A stretch of 64,000 bases of DNA from Microcoleaceae cyanobacterium. Its GTDB lineage: Bacteria > Cyanobacteriota > Cyanobacteriia > Cyanobacteriales > Microcoleaceae. The stretch spans positions 1-64,000 of the forward strand of contig JBOFUV010000022.1 in assembly GCA_051652765.1 (NCBI GenBank), given 5' to 3'. Positions 1-12,288 of the stretch are shown here, in pieces. A program made the translations under genes and the position numbers. The notes beneath the pieces are model-generated. The model was not told the DNA's origin and ran no database searches. It saw nothing but the letters and a program-made list of their open reading frames with translations. Position 1 is the stretch's first letter; each line of letters begins with the position of its first letter.

Positions 1-1780
1 CCTGATTGAGGGGGGTAATAATCGTTTGTACCGTGTCTCCAATACTCGCTAAAGTCGAACGATTAACAATAATCACATCATTATTTTGCAAGGCCGGATT
101 GGATTCACTGTTTAGCCCTTGGGCAAAATCAAGATTAACTTTCCGTTTTTCAACCTGACCATTGGCATCAAACCGGATCAGCTCTATAGAATCCTGGTGA
201 GCCCGATCCGTAAATCCCCCAGCCGCTAAAAGCGCCCGATTCAACGGGGTATTGGGGGGAATTTCTAGTGACCCAGGTTGTTTGATTTCTCCTACAACAT
301 TGACTCGAATACTATTCGGGGAAAAACTCGCCTGAGCCACCTGAGCCATTTCTGCTGAACTAACTACTTCTGCCTCTGGCACAAAAACCGTATCCCCCTC
401 CTGGAGAATCGCATCTTGATTGGCATCTCCAGCCTGGAGGAGTTCCCAGAGGTTGATATTAATCACCTGAGTTGCTCCAGCGTTGGTTGTCCGACGAATT
501 TCAATACTACGAATGTCTGCCATCGGCTTCACGCCGCCTGCAACTTGAATCGCACGGGTGACGGTAGGAGTGCTACTGGCTTTACTGTCCCCACTACCCG
601 GAATCCCTGCCGCTCCCGTCCGGGCCGTTCCAGTCACCGTATAGGGGCCGGGACGAAATACTTGCCCAATCACAGCCACATTCAAGGACTCAGCATTTTC
701 AGGGGCAAAACTCGCAGTCTGTAAACGGGAAATGGCCACCAAGTTAACATCGGGCACGGTGGGCACAAAAATACTATCCCCAGTTTGGAGGATTAAATCT
801 TGCTGTAAATCGCCTCCGGTCAACAGGGGCATCAGATTCACCTCAACGATTTGCTCAAAGCCAGTTTTGGTAATCCGACGCACCTGAATCCGCTCAATGT
901 CAGCCAACAGTTTAACGCCCCCTGCCGCTTGCAAGGCTTGAGTCACCGTAGACAGACTCACCCCTGCCGTTGCTGCTGCCAGGGTATAAGGGCCGGGGCG
1001 CACCACTTCTCCAGAAACCCCAATATTCACAGGTTGACCTTGATCGGGGGCAAAATTAGCAGTCGCCAATTGAGGCCCAATGGCTGGATTAATCAGGGTC
1101 GCCGTGGGGACAAAAATAGTGTCTCCATCTCTCAACGTGAGGTCATAGCGCAAATCTCCACTTTGAAGCAACTGAAACAGGTTAATCATCATGACCTGGT
1201 CTGATCCTCCCCGTCGGGGGCGACGAACCTGCACCTGTTGTAACTCCGCAGACTGAGTAATCCCGCCTGCGGTTTTGAGAGCTGTTGTCAATGTGGGCAA
1301 CTGAGATCCAGTCAGGGCCAAGGTATAGGAACCGGGGCGATTGACTTCCCCAGCAACCCCAATCCGAAGGGAACGAGCGATCACTAGGCTCACTGTGACC
1401 TTCGGATTGCGAAGCACTCGAGCCTGTTCGTAACGGGCTGTAATGGCTGCTGCGACTTGTTCTAGGGTCATGCCTTGAACCGAAATCCCTCCCACTTGAG
1501 GCAGGTTCACCGTGCCATTGACTAATACGGTTTGCTCCCCACTGTATTGGGTCAGTTGAAAGATGATGATTGAGATGCGATCGCCCGGCCCCAATGTATA
1601 GGGTTCCTCAACAGGAGCTTGATTAGAAGTTGAGTTGGGAACAGTTGAGTTGGGAACAGTTGAGCGGGGAGGTGCAGAACTTGAACCTTGAGCCAGAACT
1701 GTTGGGGGGTGAGCCACAAGCACAAGCAAGGTAAAGTTCAAAACTAGCCAGTCTCGACGGCAATTAACACGTTGATTCAT
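1..1780 (-). CDS. Polysaccharide export protein (Wza-like; Poly_export plus repeated SLBB domains); 3' end runs off the window
   Basis: Not in the ORF track. Manual translation from ATG 1780: MNQRVNCRRDWLVLNFTLLVLVAHPPTVLAQ...YTLGPGDRISIIIFQLTQYSGEQTVLVNGTVNLPQVGGISVQGMTLEQ...GEVNRPGSY, followed by repeated GEVxRPGxY/AGG SLBB motifs. Confidence 0.85.
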   Translation of the reverse strand, partial: MNQRVNCRRDWLVLNFTLLVLVAHPPTVLAQGSSSAPPRSTVPNSTVPNSTSNQAPVEEPYTLGPGDRISIIIFQLTQYSGEQTVLVNGTVNLPQVGGISVQGMTLEQVAAAITARYEQARVLRNPKVTVSLVIARSLRIGVAGEVNRPGSYTLALTGSQLPTLTTALKTAGGITQSAELQQVQVRRPRRGGSDQVMMINLFQLLQSGDLRYDLTLRDGDTIFVPTATLINPAIGPQLATANFAPDQGQPVNIGVSGEVVRPGPYTLAAATAGVSLSTVTQALQAAGGVKLLADIERIQVRRITKTGFEQIVEVNLMPLLTGGDLQQDLILQTGDSIFVPTVPDVNLVAISRLQTASFAPENAESLNVAVIGQVFRPGPYTVTGTARTGAAGIPGSGDSKASSTPTVTRAIQVAGGVKPMADIRSIEIRRTTNAGATQVININLWELLQAGDANQDAILQEGDTVFVPEAEVVSSAEMAQVAQASFSPNSIRVNVVGEIKQPGSLEIPPNTPLNRALLAAGGFTDRAHQDSIELIRFDANGQVEKRKVNLDFAQGLNSESNPALQNNDVIIVNRSTLASIGDTVQTIITPLNQ

Positions 1781-1897
1781 ACGCTAATCTAAATTCAAGT
1801 GTTGTGGACTAAGCCCGCAACACTTGAATCCCAGCTCTTGAAAGTTGCAGTTTAAATGCATATGGCAACCTGATTTGAAGGGTGGACAGCAAGAGGA

Positions 1898-4519
1898 TCA
1901 CAAGCTAATTAACTCTGCTGGGAGACGTTTAAACGCTAAGCGTTCATTGGTAATATCGACAAAAATCGTGTCGCCGTCGTTAAATTCTCCTCGCAGAATT
2001 CCCTTGGCAATTGGCGTTTCAAGTTCCCGCTGAATTGCCCGCTTCAGCGGTCGGGCCCCATAAACCGGATCAAAGCCGACTGCTGCTAAGAAATCAATCG
2101 CAACATCAGAGAGTTTTAATGCGATCTTGCGATCGCCCAAGCGACTTGCCAATAGTTCTACCTGCACCAATACAATCTGCCGCAGTTGATCCCGTTGCAG
2201 AGCATGGAAAATAATCATCTCATCGATCCGGTTGAGAAACTCTGGCCGGAAACTGGTGCGGAGGGAATCAATCACTCGACTTCGCATTTCTTCATATTTA
2301 GAATCATCCCCAGCAATGTCCAGAATATATTGGGAGCCAATATTACTGGTCATGATAATGATTGTGTTCTTGAAGTCAACGGTGTGACCTTGAGCATCGG
2401 TAACTCGACCATCATCGAGAATCTGCAACATCACGTTGAAAACATCGGGATGGGCTTTCTCAATTTCATCAAACAGAATCACCGCATAGGGACGGCGGCG
2501 AATCGCTTCTGTAAGCTGGCCCCCTTCATCGTAGCCCACGTATCCAGGAGGCGCACCAATCAGGCGAGAGACGGCGTGCTTTTCCATATATTCAGACATG
2601 TCAATTCGCACCATCGCCTCTTCGGTATCAAACAAGTAAGCAGCAAGGGCTTTGGCCAGTTCTGTTTTTCCGACCCCCGTTGGCCCCAGGAAAATAAAGC
2701 TAGCAACTGGACGTTTGGGATCGGACAGCCCGGCCCGCGATCGCTGAATCGCGTCAGCAACAGCCGTCACGGCTTCATCCTGGCCGATGACTCGTTTGTG
2801 TAGTTCATCTTCTAGATTGAGCAGCTTTTCTTTTTCCGACTCCACTAACTTGCTGATGGGAATACCTGTCCATTTGGAGATGATTTCGGCAATGTCAGCT
2901 TCTGTAACCTCCTCCCGCAATAGAGTTTGGCCACTGGTTTGGGTGGCTTGCAAGTTGGCCTCTGCGGCCTTCAATTGTTTGTGCAGTTCCGACATCTTGC
3001 CAAATTTCAGTTCGGCGGCGCGATTCAGATCGTAGTCTCGTTCTGCTTGCTGAATCTCAATATTGACCCGATCAATTTCCTCTTTCAAGGCTTGGATTTG
3101 GTTGATTACACCCTTTTCTGATTCCCACTGGGAGTTGAGGGAGTGTTGATCTTGTTTCAGGAGGGTCAATTCTTGTTCCAGTTTGCCTAACCGTTCTAGG
3201 GATGCAGGATCACTCTCTTTTCGTAAGGATAACCGCTCCATTTCAAGCTGCAAGATTCTCCGGTCAATCTCGTCCAATTCCTCGGGCTTGGAGGTAATTT
3301 CCATTTTGAGCTTGGCGGCGGCTTCATCGACGAGATCAATGGCTTTGTCTGGGAGGAAGCGATCGCTGATGTACCGTGTGGACAGGGTTGCCGCTGCGAC
3401 TAAGGCGCTGTCAGAAATCTTCACCCCGTGATGCACCTCGTAGCGTTCCTTCAGCCCCCGCAGAATTGAGATCGTATCGGTTACGTTAGGCTGATCTACG
3501 AAAACCTGTTGAAACCGCCGTTCTAAAGCCGCATCTTTTTCAATATACTTGCGGTACTCATCTAGGGTTGTGGCCCCAATGCAGCGCAATTCACCTCGGG
3601 CCAACATCGGTTTGAGCAGGTTCCCCGCATCCATTGATCCTTGGGCAGCTCCTGCCCCCACAACGGTGTGAATTTCGTCAATGAACAGGATAATTTGGCC
3701 GTTAGAATCAGTTACTTCCTTGAGCACTGCTTTCAGCCGTTCTTCAAACTCCCCCCGGAATTTAGCTCCGGCAATCAAGGCCCCCATGTCTAGGGCAATC
3801 AACTGCCGATCTTTCAAGGATTGGGGCACGTCTCCAGCAATAATCCGTTGGGCAAGTCCTTCAGCGATCGCAGTTTTTCCCACCCCAGGTTCTCCAATCA
3901 GCACCGGATTGTTCTTGGTGCGACGGCTGAGAATCTGAATCGTCCGCCGAATTTCATCATCTCGCCCAATCACGGGATCAAGCTTGCCCTGACAAGCTGC
4001 TTCGGTTAAGTCCCGGCCATATTTTTCTAGGGATTGGTACTTGCCTTCAGGGTTTTGATCGGTTACTTTTTGAGTGCCCCGCACTTGAGCGATCGCTTGT
4101 TTTAGCTTGGCCTCATCCAGCTTGAGATCTTGGAATAGAGCCTTGCCAAAGCGGTCATCTTTGGTATAGGCCAAAACCAGATGTTCAATGGAGATAAATT
4201 CATCGCCATACTCTTTGCGATAGGCTTCTGCATTGTCCAGCAAGCTGTCTAGACTCCGGCCCAGATAAACATTGCTGCCACTACCTGTAACTTTGGGCTG
4301 ACGATTGATGAACGCATCAGCTTGTTCCCGCAGTTGGGCGGTAGAAACTCCCGCTTTGCTGAATAGTTTGGCCGCTAGCCCATCATTCTGTTCGAGGAGT
4401 GCCTTCATCAAGTGTTCACTTTCAAGCTGTTGGTTCTGGGCTTGCTTCACCAGTTCTGGAGTTCGGGCCAGAGCTTCCCAAGCTTTTTCGGTAAACTTAC
4501 TGGGATCTGTAGGTTGCAT
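1898..4519 (-). CDS. clpB: ATP-dependent chaperone ClpB
   Basis: Two AAA+ modules ([16 protein letters not shown]), coiled-coil middle domain and GARPL motif; start moved to [10 protein letters not shown] (ATG 4519). Confidence 0.97.
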   Translation of the reverse strand: MQPTDPSKFTEKAWEALARTPELVKQAQNQQLESEHLMKALLEQNDGLAAKLFSKAGVSTAQLREQADAFINRQPKVTGSGSNVYLGRSLDSLLDNAEAYRKEYGDEFISIEHLVLAYTKDDRFGKALFQDLKLDEAKLKQAIAQVRGTQKVTDQNPEGKYQSLEKYGRDLTEAACQGKLDPVIGRDDEIRRTIQILSRRTKNNPVLIGEPGVGKTAIAEGLAQRIIAGDVPQSLKDRQLIALDMGALIAGAKFRGEFEERLKAVLKEVTDSNGQIILFIDEIHTVVGAGAAQGSMDAGNLLKPMLARGELRCIGATTLDEYRKYIEKDAALERRFQQVFVDQPNVTDTISILRGLKERYEVHHGVKISDSALVAAATLSTRYISDRFLPDKAIDLVDEAAAKLKMEITSKPEELDEIDRRILQLEMERLSLRKESDPASLERLGKLEQELTLLKQDQHSLNSQWESEKGVINQIQALKEEIDRVNIEIQQAERDYDLNRAAELKFGKMSELHKQLKAAEANLQATQTSGQTLLREEVTEADIAEIISKWTGIPISKLVESEKEKLLNLEDELHKRVIGQDEAVTAVADAIQRSRAGLSDPKRPVASFIFLGPTGVGKTELAKALAAYLFDTEEAMVRIDMSEYMEKHAVSRLIGAPPGYVGYDEGGQLTEAIRRRPYAVILFDEIEKAHPDVFNVMLQILDDGRVTDAQGHTVDFKNTIIIMTSNIGSQYILDIAGDDSKYEEMRSRVIDSLRTSFRPEFLNRIDEMIIFHALQRDQLRQIVLVQVELLASRLGDRKIALKLSDVAIDFLAAVGFDPVYGARPLKRAIQRELETPIAKGILRGEFNDGDTIFVDITNERLAFKRLPAELISL

Positions 4520-5070
4520 AAGAGTTAATTGCCTCCGCGTTTTCTGATTTTTTGCAACAAGTTCTCGTAACAATTTCTCGGTACAGTTTTTGCCTGTTTA
4601 TCCTCAAGGGATCTGAGTAGCCTGCCCTACCCTTAACGCAAAGATGAGGGCAATTTTGTCACAACTCACCTTTGATTACAACATATGATTACAACATATA
4701 AAGTCTAACGTTAACCCTAATCCTAAGCCTTAACTATTATTAAACTGTAGCTTAACCCAAACAGAGGGAGAGTACAATCTACCGTCCTTAAAAGTAAGGA
4801 TTCCCGTAGCCAGAAGTTCAAGAATGACGTTTAAGAATGAATATTCAAGCTAAATCTGAAAAAGCCAGGAGAAATACATTGAAAAATCCTTTTTGAGGGT
4901 TCTATTGTTGAGGGTTCGATCTGATTTGAAGGGTAAATGTGAAATGGTATCTTGCCCATGTAGGCTTCTAACCTGCATCAAAGTTTCAGTTTAATTTCTA
5001 TTAATTTAGGTAAGGGTAAACATCCTATTCCCATAGGCTAGAAGCCTGCACCACAGGTCAGAAGCCCAGA

Positions 5071-6780
5071 TTATAATCGAACATGAGCAGGCAACCAAAC
5101 GGTGAAGGTAGACCCTTTGCCGGGTTGACTGCTGACACTAATTCCACCTCCTAAAATTTCACATAGGCGCTGGCTAATTGCCAACCCTAATCCAGTTCCA
5201 CCAAATCGTTTTGTGGTAGACGCATCTGCTTGAGTAAAGGCTTGAAAAATATGTTGCTGCTGTTCTTGTGTCATCCCAATTCCCGTATCGCCAACTCTAA
5301 AGACCAGGAACTGTTGGGAGCCGAGCGATGTCTTTTCAACGCCTTTTGTATTACCAGTCCGAGGTTTTCGCTTAACTCTTTCCACGGATAGCGTAATCGT
5401 TCCATCTTGGGTAAACTTGCAAGCATTGCTCAGGAGATTTAACAAGATTTGTCGCACTTTCGGCAAATCTGCATACATATTACCCACATTACTTTTGATG
5501 TCAACTTTGAGACGATTATTGTTTTTTTGAGCCAGGGGATTTGCTGTGATAATCACATCCTGAATTAATTGTTTTTCAATTGAAAAATCTTCAAGATACA
5601 AAGTGACATGACCCGCCTCAATTTTAGAAATATCCAAGATGTCACTGATCATATCTCGCAGATGTTTTCCGGCGGTTTGAATCCGCTCTAAGTCGGGAAT
5701 AAAGTCATCATATCCCAAGTCTTCAGATTCATCATGGAGGATTTCACTATAGCCAATGATGGCATTTAAAGGAGTCCGAAGTTCATGGCTCATATTAGCG
5801 AGAAAAACACTTTTAGAACGGTTTGCGGCCTCGGCATCAATTTTGGCTTTTTCTAGTTCTTCAGTGTAGTCGGCAACTTGCTGAATGAGATGGTTGAGAG
5901 CCTGAGTCAGGGTGCCAATTTCATCACGAGCCATCATTGGAATCTGAATCCCAAAGTCGGCTTCATCTCCAACGCGCTTGATTACTTTTGTCATGGTTTC
6001 AATCGGAGACGCGATCGCCCAACTGGTATAAGTTGCTAAGACCAAAGCTAAAAACGCTGAAGTGAGCAGGCTGAGAAAGAGTACCTTGTGACCTAAAGTC
6101 TCTGCTTTTTGATTGGCTTCTAAGGTCTGATCCACTTGTTGGCCAAAGTCTACCGCTGTATTGATCAATTCTCTGGATAGATCATAGAGTTCGGCTGCAG
6201 TCGAACTCTGTCCAAACTGAGTTAACTCTTGCTGGAGAGCTGTCTGGGCTTTGGGATTTGTTCGGGTTGATTCTGTCCGATCGAGCAGGGGATTAATTTC
6301 TGTTCTGTACTTTAATCGAGCTTTATCGTAGCGTTCAATTAGAGTGGTCAACTGTTGAGTGACTTCGGGATCAGTTGTCTTAGCAGAAGCTGCAATAAAC
6401 TCATTAAATTGGTCAATTTTCTGAGCAATTTCAAAGTCCAAATCAGAGTAAATCGCAGAAACTATCTGTCGTCGCTCTTCTGCCTGATCTAGAACGGTAG
6501 GTAGTTTTGCTTGATTTACTTCAACATCTTCGATGCTTTGAGTCAGTTGGGTCAGGAGTTGAGATTTAGTAAAATTTGTTTCGAGTTGCTGTCGCCGTTG
6601 AGCTTGATAATATCCTTGAAGAATAAAGGCTGCGGTTGCGCCAAGCACTGCAATTCCGACAACAAGGGCATAACCAATGCCAATCTTCTGCCGAATTCCT
6701 AAGCGGCTGAATCCCGGCAAATGTAGTCCAACCATAGCAGGAGATGTGACAGGTTTGTGAACTGGTTTGGTGCGCGGCAT
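5071..6780 (-). CDS. Membrane sensor histidine kinase (2 TM, HAMP, HisKA, HATPase)
   Basis: [15 protein letters not shown]-box, [11 protein letters not shown]-box, DTGIG, GGTGLGL; RDEIGTL HAMP motif. Confidence 0.93.
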   Translation of the reverse strand: MPRTKPVHKPVTSPAMVGLHLPGFSRLGIRQKIGIGYALVVGIAVLGATAAFILQGYYQAQRRQQLETNFTKSQLLTQLTQSIEDVEVNQAKLPTVLDQAEERRQIVSAIYSDLDFEIAQKIDQFNEFIAASAKTTDPEVTQQLTTLIERYDKARLKYRTEINPLLDRTESTRTNPKAQTALQQELTQFGQSSTAAELYDLSRELINTAVDFGQQVDQTLEANQKAETLGHKVLFLSLLTSAFLALVLATYTSWAIASPIETMTKVIKRVGDEADFGIQIPMMARDEIGTLTQALNHLIQQVADYTEELEKAKIDAEAANRSKSVFLANMSHELRTPLNAIIGYSEILHDESEDLGYDDFIPDLERIQTAGKHLRDMISDILDISKIEAGHVTLYLEDFSIEKQLIQDVIITANPLAQKNNNRLKVDIKSNVGNMYADLPKVRQILLNLLSNACKFTQDGTITLSVERVKRKPRTGNTKGVEKTSLGSQQFLVFRVGDTGIGMTQEQQQHIFQAFTQADASTTKRFGGTGLGLAISQRLCEILGGGISVSSQPGKGSTFTVWLPAHVRL

Positions 6781-6976
6781 TCGTGAAGTTGCAGGCTGTT
6801 AGGGCATTATTCTTATTTTAAGCTGAGTTGTTAAGGGAGGGTTGAAGTTGCAGACTCAGTCGGTCAAAAAATTAGTCCAAAAAGTGAAACGAACCGTTGA
6901 ACGAGTCGTTTGCGTCAGTTGGCCCTGAGTTGGCAAGACCCAGCACACCCAGATTAATCTGCTCAAGCTAACACGT

Positions 6977-8266
6977 TCAAAGAAATTCCCGTTTGAGATA
7001 GGGTTGTAACACTTCAGGTACGCGAACCCGACCATCTGGCTGTTGATAATTTTCTAGAACGGCTGCCATCGCCCGCCCAATAGCGACCCCAGTACCATTT
7101 AGTGCATGAACGAATTCTGTTTTTTTCTTTTTTTTATCTCCTTTAGTATCCTTGAACCGAATATTGGCCCGTCGTGCCTGAAAATCTCGAACGTTAGAGC
7201 AACTGGAAATCTCTCGATAGGTTCCAGCCGAAGGCAGCCAAACCTCCAAGTCGTAACATTTGGCCGCTGAAAACCCCAAATCCCCTGTACAAAGCTCAAT
7301 CACTCGATAAGGCAGCCTTAATGCTTGCAAAATACCTTCGGCATCCTGAACCAATTTTTCATGTTCCAACTCCGAAGTTTCAGGTGTGACCAGCTTGACC
7401 AGTTCCACTTTGTTGAACTGATGGAGGCGAATTAATCCTCGGGTATCCTTGCCATAACTTCCGGCTTCTCGCCGAAAACAGGGCGTGCAGGCACAGTGAT
7501 AAATTGGCAATTGTTCTGCACCCAGGATGTCATCCCGATAAAAATTCACTATTGGAACCTCTGAAGTGGGAATCAACCACAAATCATCCTCACTGCACTT
7601 AAAACTTTCTTCGGCAAACTTGGGCAGTTGTCCCGTTGCATTTAACGACATGCTGTTCACCAACAACGGAGGAATCACTTCCACATAGCCATGGGCGGTA
7701 TGTTGATCCAGCATAAATTGAATCAAAGCCCGTTCCAGAGCTGCCCCAGCCCCAACTAACGCGACAAAACGACTCTGGGCAATTTTAACCGCCCGCTCAA
7801 AGCTAAACAGTCCCAAAGTCTCGCCAATTTCCCAATGGGGCAACAGCGCCTCCCCCTGGGGAATATATTCCTCTCCCCAACGCCGTACCTCAACGTTTTC
7901 AGTCTCATTTTTGCCCACTGGTGTTGACTCGCTGGGCAGGTTCGGTAAGGGCAAGAGCAAGGACTCAATTTCGGCATTCAATCCTTTTTCCAAGGGATCT
8001 AACTCACTCAATTGAGCCTTGAGCTGTTGTCCTTCATCCCGCAGCCCTTGAATCTCTTGTCCCCTCGGATCGCTGCCCGATTGAATCTTCTCACCGACCA
8101 ACTTCCCGACTTCATTACTCCGGGTTTCAAGCTGAACCCGGTCTTGTTCCAGTCGTCGCCGCTTTTCCTCAAGATCTAAAATGGGCTGGAGGTCATAGGT
8201 TCCCCGCAGGTTCAGGCGGGCCTGAACAGCCTGTGGATTCTCCCGAATTTGCTTAATATCTAACAC
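6977..8266 (-). CDS. serS: Serine--tRNA ligase
   Basis: MLDIKQIR start, [21 protein letters not shown] motif 2, EISSCSN, HALNGTG. Confidence 0.97.
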   Translation of the reverse strand: MLDIKQIRENPQAVQARLNLRGTYDLQPILDLEEKRRRLEQDRVQLETRSNEVGKLVGEKIQSGSDPRGQEIQGLRDEGQQLKAQLSELDPLEKGLNAEIESLLLPLPNLPSESTPVGKNETENVEVRRWGEEYIPQGEALLPHWEIGETLGLFSFERAVKIAQSRFVALVGAGAALERALIQFMLDQHTAHGYVEVIPPLLVNSMSLNATGQLPKFAEESFKCSEDDLWLIPTSEVPIVNFYRDDILGAEQLPIYHCACTPCFRREAGSYGKDTRGLIRLHQFNKVELVKLVTPETSELEHEKLVQDAEGILQALRLPYRVIELCTGDLGFSAAKCYDLEVWLPSAGTYREISSCSNVRDFQARRANIRFKDTKGDKKKKKTEFVHALNGTGVAIGRAMAAVLENYQQPDGRVRVPEVLQPYLKREFL

Positions 8267-8446
8267 AACGCTTTACTTTGAACCCTCTTTATGGCCAACC
8301 TTTCCTGAATCTTACTGGTGATCGCGCCCCAACGTCTAGATTCGGTAACTTGAAAAGTGATTGTTCAGACTCACTCCAAAACTGACTAATTATCTTAACC
8401 CGCAATTTTAACTTACAATCTAAGTCGAGAGGTCAGAGTTTTCCAG

Positions 8447-10126
8447 ATGCTACTGATAAAAAATACCCCCCGACCCTTGCGGTGGCAACGCGCGAGATAC
8501 TCCCCAATCACTCGGCAACTGGACATCTTCTCTGCCGCTGGGAAACTGATGTTTTTTTTGTGGTGGGATCGGTTCGTCCTCAACAATAGCTCAGAGCAAC
8601 GACGTAAGCGAGCTCAATGGTTGGTCAAGACCCTGCTAGACTTGGGGCCAACCTTTATAAAAATCGGGCAGGCCCTGTCTACCCGAGCCGATATTTTACC
8701 CCTAGAATACGTCGAAGAACTTGAAAAACTCCAGGACAGAGTTCCTCCCTTTGGAAGTCAAGAGGCAATTAGTATTATTGAGTCCGAATTGGACAATTCT
8801 CTGTTTACTTTATTTCGCGACTTTAGCGATCGCCCTATTGCCGCAGCGAGTTTAGGCCAGGTTCATAAAGCTCGTCTACATACTGGAGAAGAGGTCGTCG
8901 TCAAGGTTCAGCGACCTGGATTGAAGCAACTTTTTGACCTAGACGTTGAGGCCATGCGGAAAATCGTTCGATTCTGCTACAGGCATTTTGACTGGGCAAA
9001 GTTGTATAACCTGGAAGCAATTTATAATGAGTTTTTCATTATTTTATATCAAGAAATCGACTACGTTCACGAAGGAAAAAACGCAGATCGATTTCGAGAA
9101 AACTTCAAAAATAGTCCTGGGATTCTTGTTCCGAAAGTGTACTGGCAATATGTCAGCTCCAAGGTTTTAACAATGGAGTATCTCCCTGGAATTAAAGCAG
9201 ACGATAAAGAAAAAATTGAAGCAGCAGGGCTAGATATTCAACGCATTAATCAATTGGGAATCTGTTGTTATTTAAAACAAATTCTTCAAGATGGTTTCTT
9301 TCAAGCCGATCCTCATCCTGGGAATATTGCGATTGACCCCAAAGGGAATTTAATCTTTTATGACTTCGGCATGATGGCTGAGATCAAGGCCATGGACAAG
9401 GATCAAATGGTACGTACTTTTTTTGCCGTGTTGAGAAAAGATACCGATGAAGTGCTCGATAGCCTGATTCAAATTGGTCTGATTGAGCCTATTCCTGACA
9501 TGACTCCTGTTCGGCGGATGGTTCGGTTTTTGTTAGAAGAATTCACGGACAAACCTGTTGATTTTCAAGCCTTTAATCAACTGAAAGAAGAAGTTTACTT
9601 GATGTTTGAGCAGCAGCCGTTTCGGCTTCCAGCTCAAATGACTTTTATTTTGAAATCTCTGACTACCCTGGATGGAGTAGCTCGAACTTTAGATCCCAAA
9701 TACAACTTGGTGGCCAGCGCAACTCCTTTTATTAAGAGTGTTACCCTGAGTCGCGGGCGCGGGAATATGGTGGGTGAGCTGGCGAAGCAAACCCGAGAGT
9801 TCATCAAGTTCAGGCTGCAACAACCGAATAAGGGAGAGCTCTTAATTCGACGGCTAGAGGAACGGATTGAAGAAGGAGAACTCAAGTTTCGAGTCCGTTC
9901 CGTTGAGAGCGATCGCGCCCTGCGACGGATTAATTTGGCCCTGAAAAGCTTGATTCATGGCTGTTGGGCTGGGTTCATGTTCCTCTCCGGGATTGTTTTG
10001 CTGGCAACTGACTATCATCGATGGGCGATTATCGTATTAAGCATTGCTGGATTGGGTGCATTTTTATTTGTGCGATCGCTGGTAAACTTGTCCCTGCGAG
10101 AACGTCTTGACCGGATGGTAGAGTAG
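8447..10126 (+). CDS. AarF/ABC1/UbiB family atypical kinase
   Basis: LGPTFIKIGQ, AAASLGQVH, VKVQRP, ADPHPGN and DFGM motifs; two C-terminal TM helices. Confidence 0.93.
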   Translation: MLLIKNTPRPLRWQRARYSPITRQLDIFSAAGKLMFFLWWDRFVLNNSSEQRRKRAQWLVKTLLDLGPTFIKIGQALSTRADILPLEYVEELEKLQDRVPPFGSQEAISIIESELDNSLFTLFRDFSDRPIAAASLGQVHKARLHTGEEVVVKVQRPGLKQLFDLDVEAMRKIVRFCYRHFDWAKLYNLEAIYNEFFIILYQEIDYVHEGKNADRFRENFKNSPGILVPKVYWQYVSSKVLTMEYLPGIKADDKEKIEAAGLDIQRINQLGICCYLKQILQDGFFQADPHPGNIAIDPKGNLIFYDFGMMAEIKAMDKDQMVRTFFAVLRKDTDEVLDSLIQIGLIEPIPDMTPVRRMVRFLLEEFTDKPVDFQAFNQLKEEVYLMFEQQPFRLPAQMTFILKSLTTLDGVARTLDPKYNLVASATPFIKSVTLSRGRGNMVGELAKQTREFIKFRLQQPNKGELLIRRLEERIEEGELKFRVRSVESDRALRRINLALKSLIHGCWAGFMFLSGIVLLATDYHRWAIIVLSIAGLGAFLFVRSLVNLSLRERLDRMVE

Positions 10127-10146
10127 TTTTCCCCCGCCAAGGTTGC

Positions 10147-12072
10147 TTATGAATCATTGAAGATCCGAACCCGTTCCAAGCGATTCCGAATTCGGCTGGC
10201 TAGGTCTTGGGCAATCACAGGTTTACTTAAAAAATCGTCTGCTCCTACTGCAAACGCTCGATTCTGAGTCACCCCATCAGCCCGATCACCCAGAAACAGA
10301 ATCGGTAAACCCTGCCAGCGAGGATGACTACGTAATACCTGGCAGAGTTCAATTCCACTAATATGAGGCAGCTCGATACTGAGCACCAAAAGCTGAGGAT
10401 TGATCGCACAGAGAACATCCCAAAACTGCCGAGAGTCTCCCAGGGTGGTCAGCTTGAATCCCCACGGTTGAAGCATTGCAGGCAATTGGCTCAACCATTC
10501 TCCATCCGCGTCTACGATCATAATTTTTTCTCCAGCTTGACCCATTTGTAATAACCGTGAAATGGCAACGATCACCTCAGTTGGGGCAATGGGCTCTGGC
10601 AGGAAAAACCATCCTCCTCGACGAGTTACGGTCAACCGCTCCTCAAATTGATCCCGATCGGCAATCACCAGAATGGGTAGGGTAGGCGATCGCAACTTGA
10701 GTTCGGAGATCAGGGTCAAACGTTCGGAGAGGCTGAAATAGCCAGACCCAGACTCAACCGCAGCACTAAACGACAATTTCACTAAGACCAGATCAGGGCG
10801 CAGGGGCGTTGTCCGCCATGCCAGGGAACCTTCTGGATACAGCAAGGTTTTTGCCATGGCCAAGGTAGGGGCCAAAAAAACTTGAAATCCTACAGCGTGA
10901 GCCGCAATCTGCAAAGATTGGGTGAACGGATTCTCCTCTTCAACAATCAGAATCGCGGCAGTAACGGCGGTCGGTCGTTTCAGACAGGGCTCGGCTTCAA
11001 GTTGTTCTGACAATTCCTGGTGTAAAGCGGTCAGTATTGTTTCAAATTCTGTTTCAAGTTGGCATCGCGGTTGATTTTGAGAGTCGGGGAAATTCTGCAA
11101 CAAGTGTTCAAGGGACTGAGCCAGTTGTGATCCCTGCTCAAATCCAAACAGTCCCAAATTTTCAGCCAGATGATGGGCCGCCAACCAAGCCTGTTCGAGT
11201 TCAGCTAAACTCGGGTTGCCATGGCGAATGGCGGTGACCACTTGATCCAAAAGCCCCAACTGATGATGCCGTTTCTCCCGATACTTTCCCCAAGTAGCCA
11301 CGATCACGGCTGAGTCTCTAGTCTGTTTAGCCTTCGAAGTGTCCGCTCGCTCTGACTGATCTGGAGTTGCGGGAGTTGAGGGCTGAGAATTCACTGGATT
11401 CAGGAACTTGAGTCGATAGCCTACCCCTCGAACCGTTTCGATCAAGTCTTCGGGCGCACCTGCCTGCTTCAACTTTTGGCGCAGGGATCTGAGGTGCGAT
11501 CGCACCGTAGCTTCTGCAGGATATTCCTCCGATGACCACAGATTGTCAATAATTTCCTCGACCCCAAGCACGTAATGCCGATGACGCAGCAACAGTTCTA
11601 GCAAACCATACTCCTTTGCCGTAAGGCTCAGAATCTGACCGCTGTAGGTCACTTCACAATTGCGAGGGTCAAGTTGGATGTTCTCCCAAACTAGCACAGG
11701 AAGAGGATCAGAATTGCCCCGACGTAACAAGGCCCGAATCCGAGCTGTTAATTCTTCAATCTCAAACGGTTTGCCCAGATAATCATCGGCCCCTGCATCT
11801 AGCCCTTTCACCTTATCCTGGCTACTATTTCGGGCGGTGAGCAACAGGATCGGAACGTCATATCCATTCACTCGAAACCGTTGGCACAGGCTAATGCCAT
11901 TCATACCGGGCAATATCCAGTCCAAAATCACCAAATCATAGGGATAAGTTGAACCATACTGCCACCCGGCCTCCCCAGTCGTTACCGCATCAACAACATA
12001 GTTTTGCTGGCTCAGGCTGTGTTTGAGCAACTCGACTAGGGATTCATCGTCATCAATCAGAAGAATTCGCAC
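10147..12072 (-). CDS. Multidomain response regulator (REC - OmpR wHTH - Hpt-like - REC - REC; RcaC-like architecture)
   Basis: MRILLIDDD/LDW/KPF receiver; IETVRGVGY wHTH; AHHLAENLGLFG Hpt-like segment; two further receiver folds. Confidence 0.88.
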   Translation of the reverse strand: MRILLIDDDESLVELLKHSLSQQNYVVDAVTTGEAGWQYGSTYPYDLVILDWILPGMNGISLCQRFRVNGYDVPILLLTARNSSQDKVKGLDAGADDYLGKPFEIEELTARIRALLRRGNSDPLPVLVWENIQLDPRNCEVTYSGQILSLTAKEYGLLELLLRHRHYVLGVEEIIDNLWSSEEYPAEATVRSHLRSLRQKLKQAGAPEDLIETVRGVGYRLKFLNPVNSQPSTPATPDQSERADTSKAKQTRDSAVIVATWGKYREKRHHQLGLLDQVVTAIRHGNPSLAELEQAWLAAHHLAENLGLFGFEQGSQLAQSLEHLLQNFPDSQNQPRCQLETEFETILTALHQELSEQLEAEPCLKRPTAVTAAILIVEEENPFTQSLQIAAHAVGFQVFLAPTLAMAKTLLYPEGSLAWRTTPLRPDLVLVKLSFSAAVESGSGYFSLSERLTLISELKLRSPTLPILVIADRDQFEERLTVTRRGGWFFLPEPIAPTEVIVAISRLLQMGQAGEKIMIVDADGEWLSQLPAMLQPWGFKLTTLGDSRQFWDVLCAINPQLLVLSIELPHISGIELCQVLRSHPRWQGLPILFLGDRADGVTQNRAFAVGADDFLSKPVIAQDLASRIRNRLERVRIFNDS

Positions 12073-12288
12073 AGGGCAGACTGTTTAGGCAAACGGCTAA
12101 TGTCCCAGATGTGACTGGAGTCTGGGTTCACAAAGATCAATCCAGGTTTAGCCCGCGAAACTTGAATGCAGATTAGCTTACCGCCATAATAACAAATCTG
12201 TTTTAAACAAAAGGGCAGTTTTTGAGGGCATTTTTGAGGACAATAGTAAGGTAAGAATTGTATTTGTTTCAACTCAACAACTCTAACA

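Noticed and set aside
416..4547. Many plus-strand ORFs
   Set aside because: Antisense shadows of the Wza-like gene and clpB.
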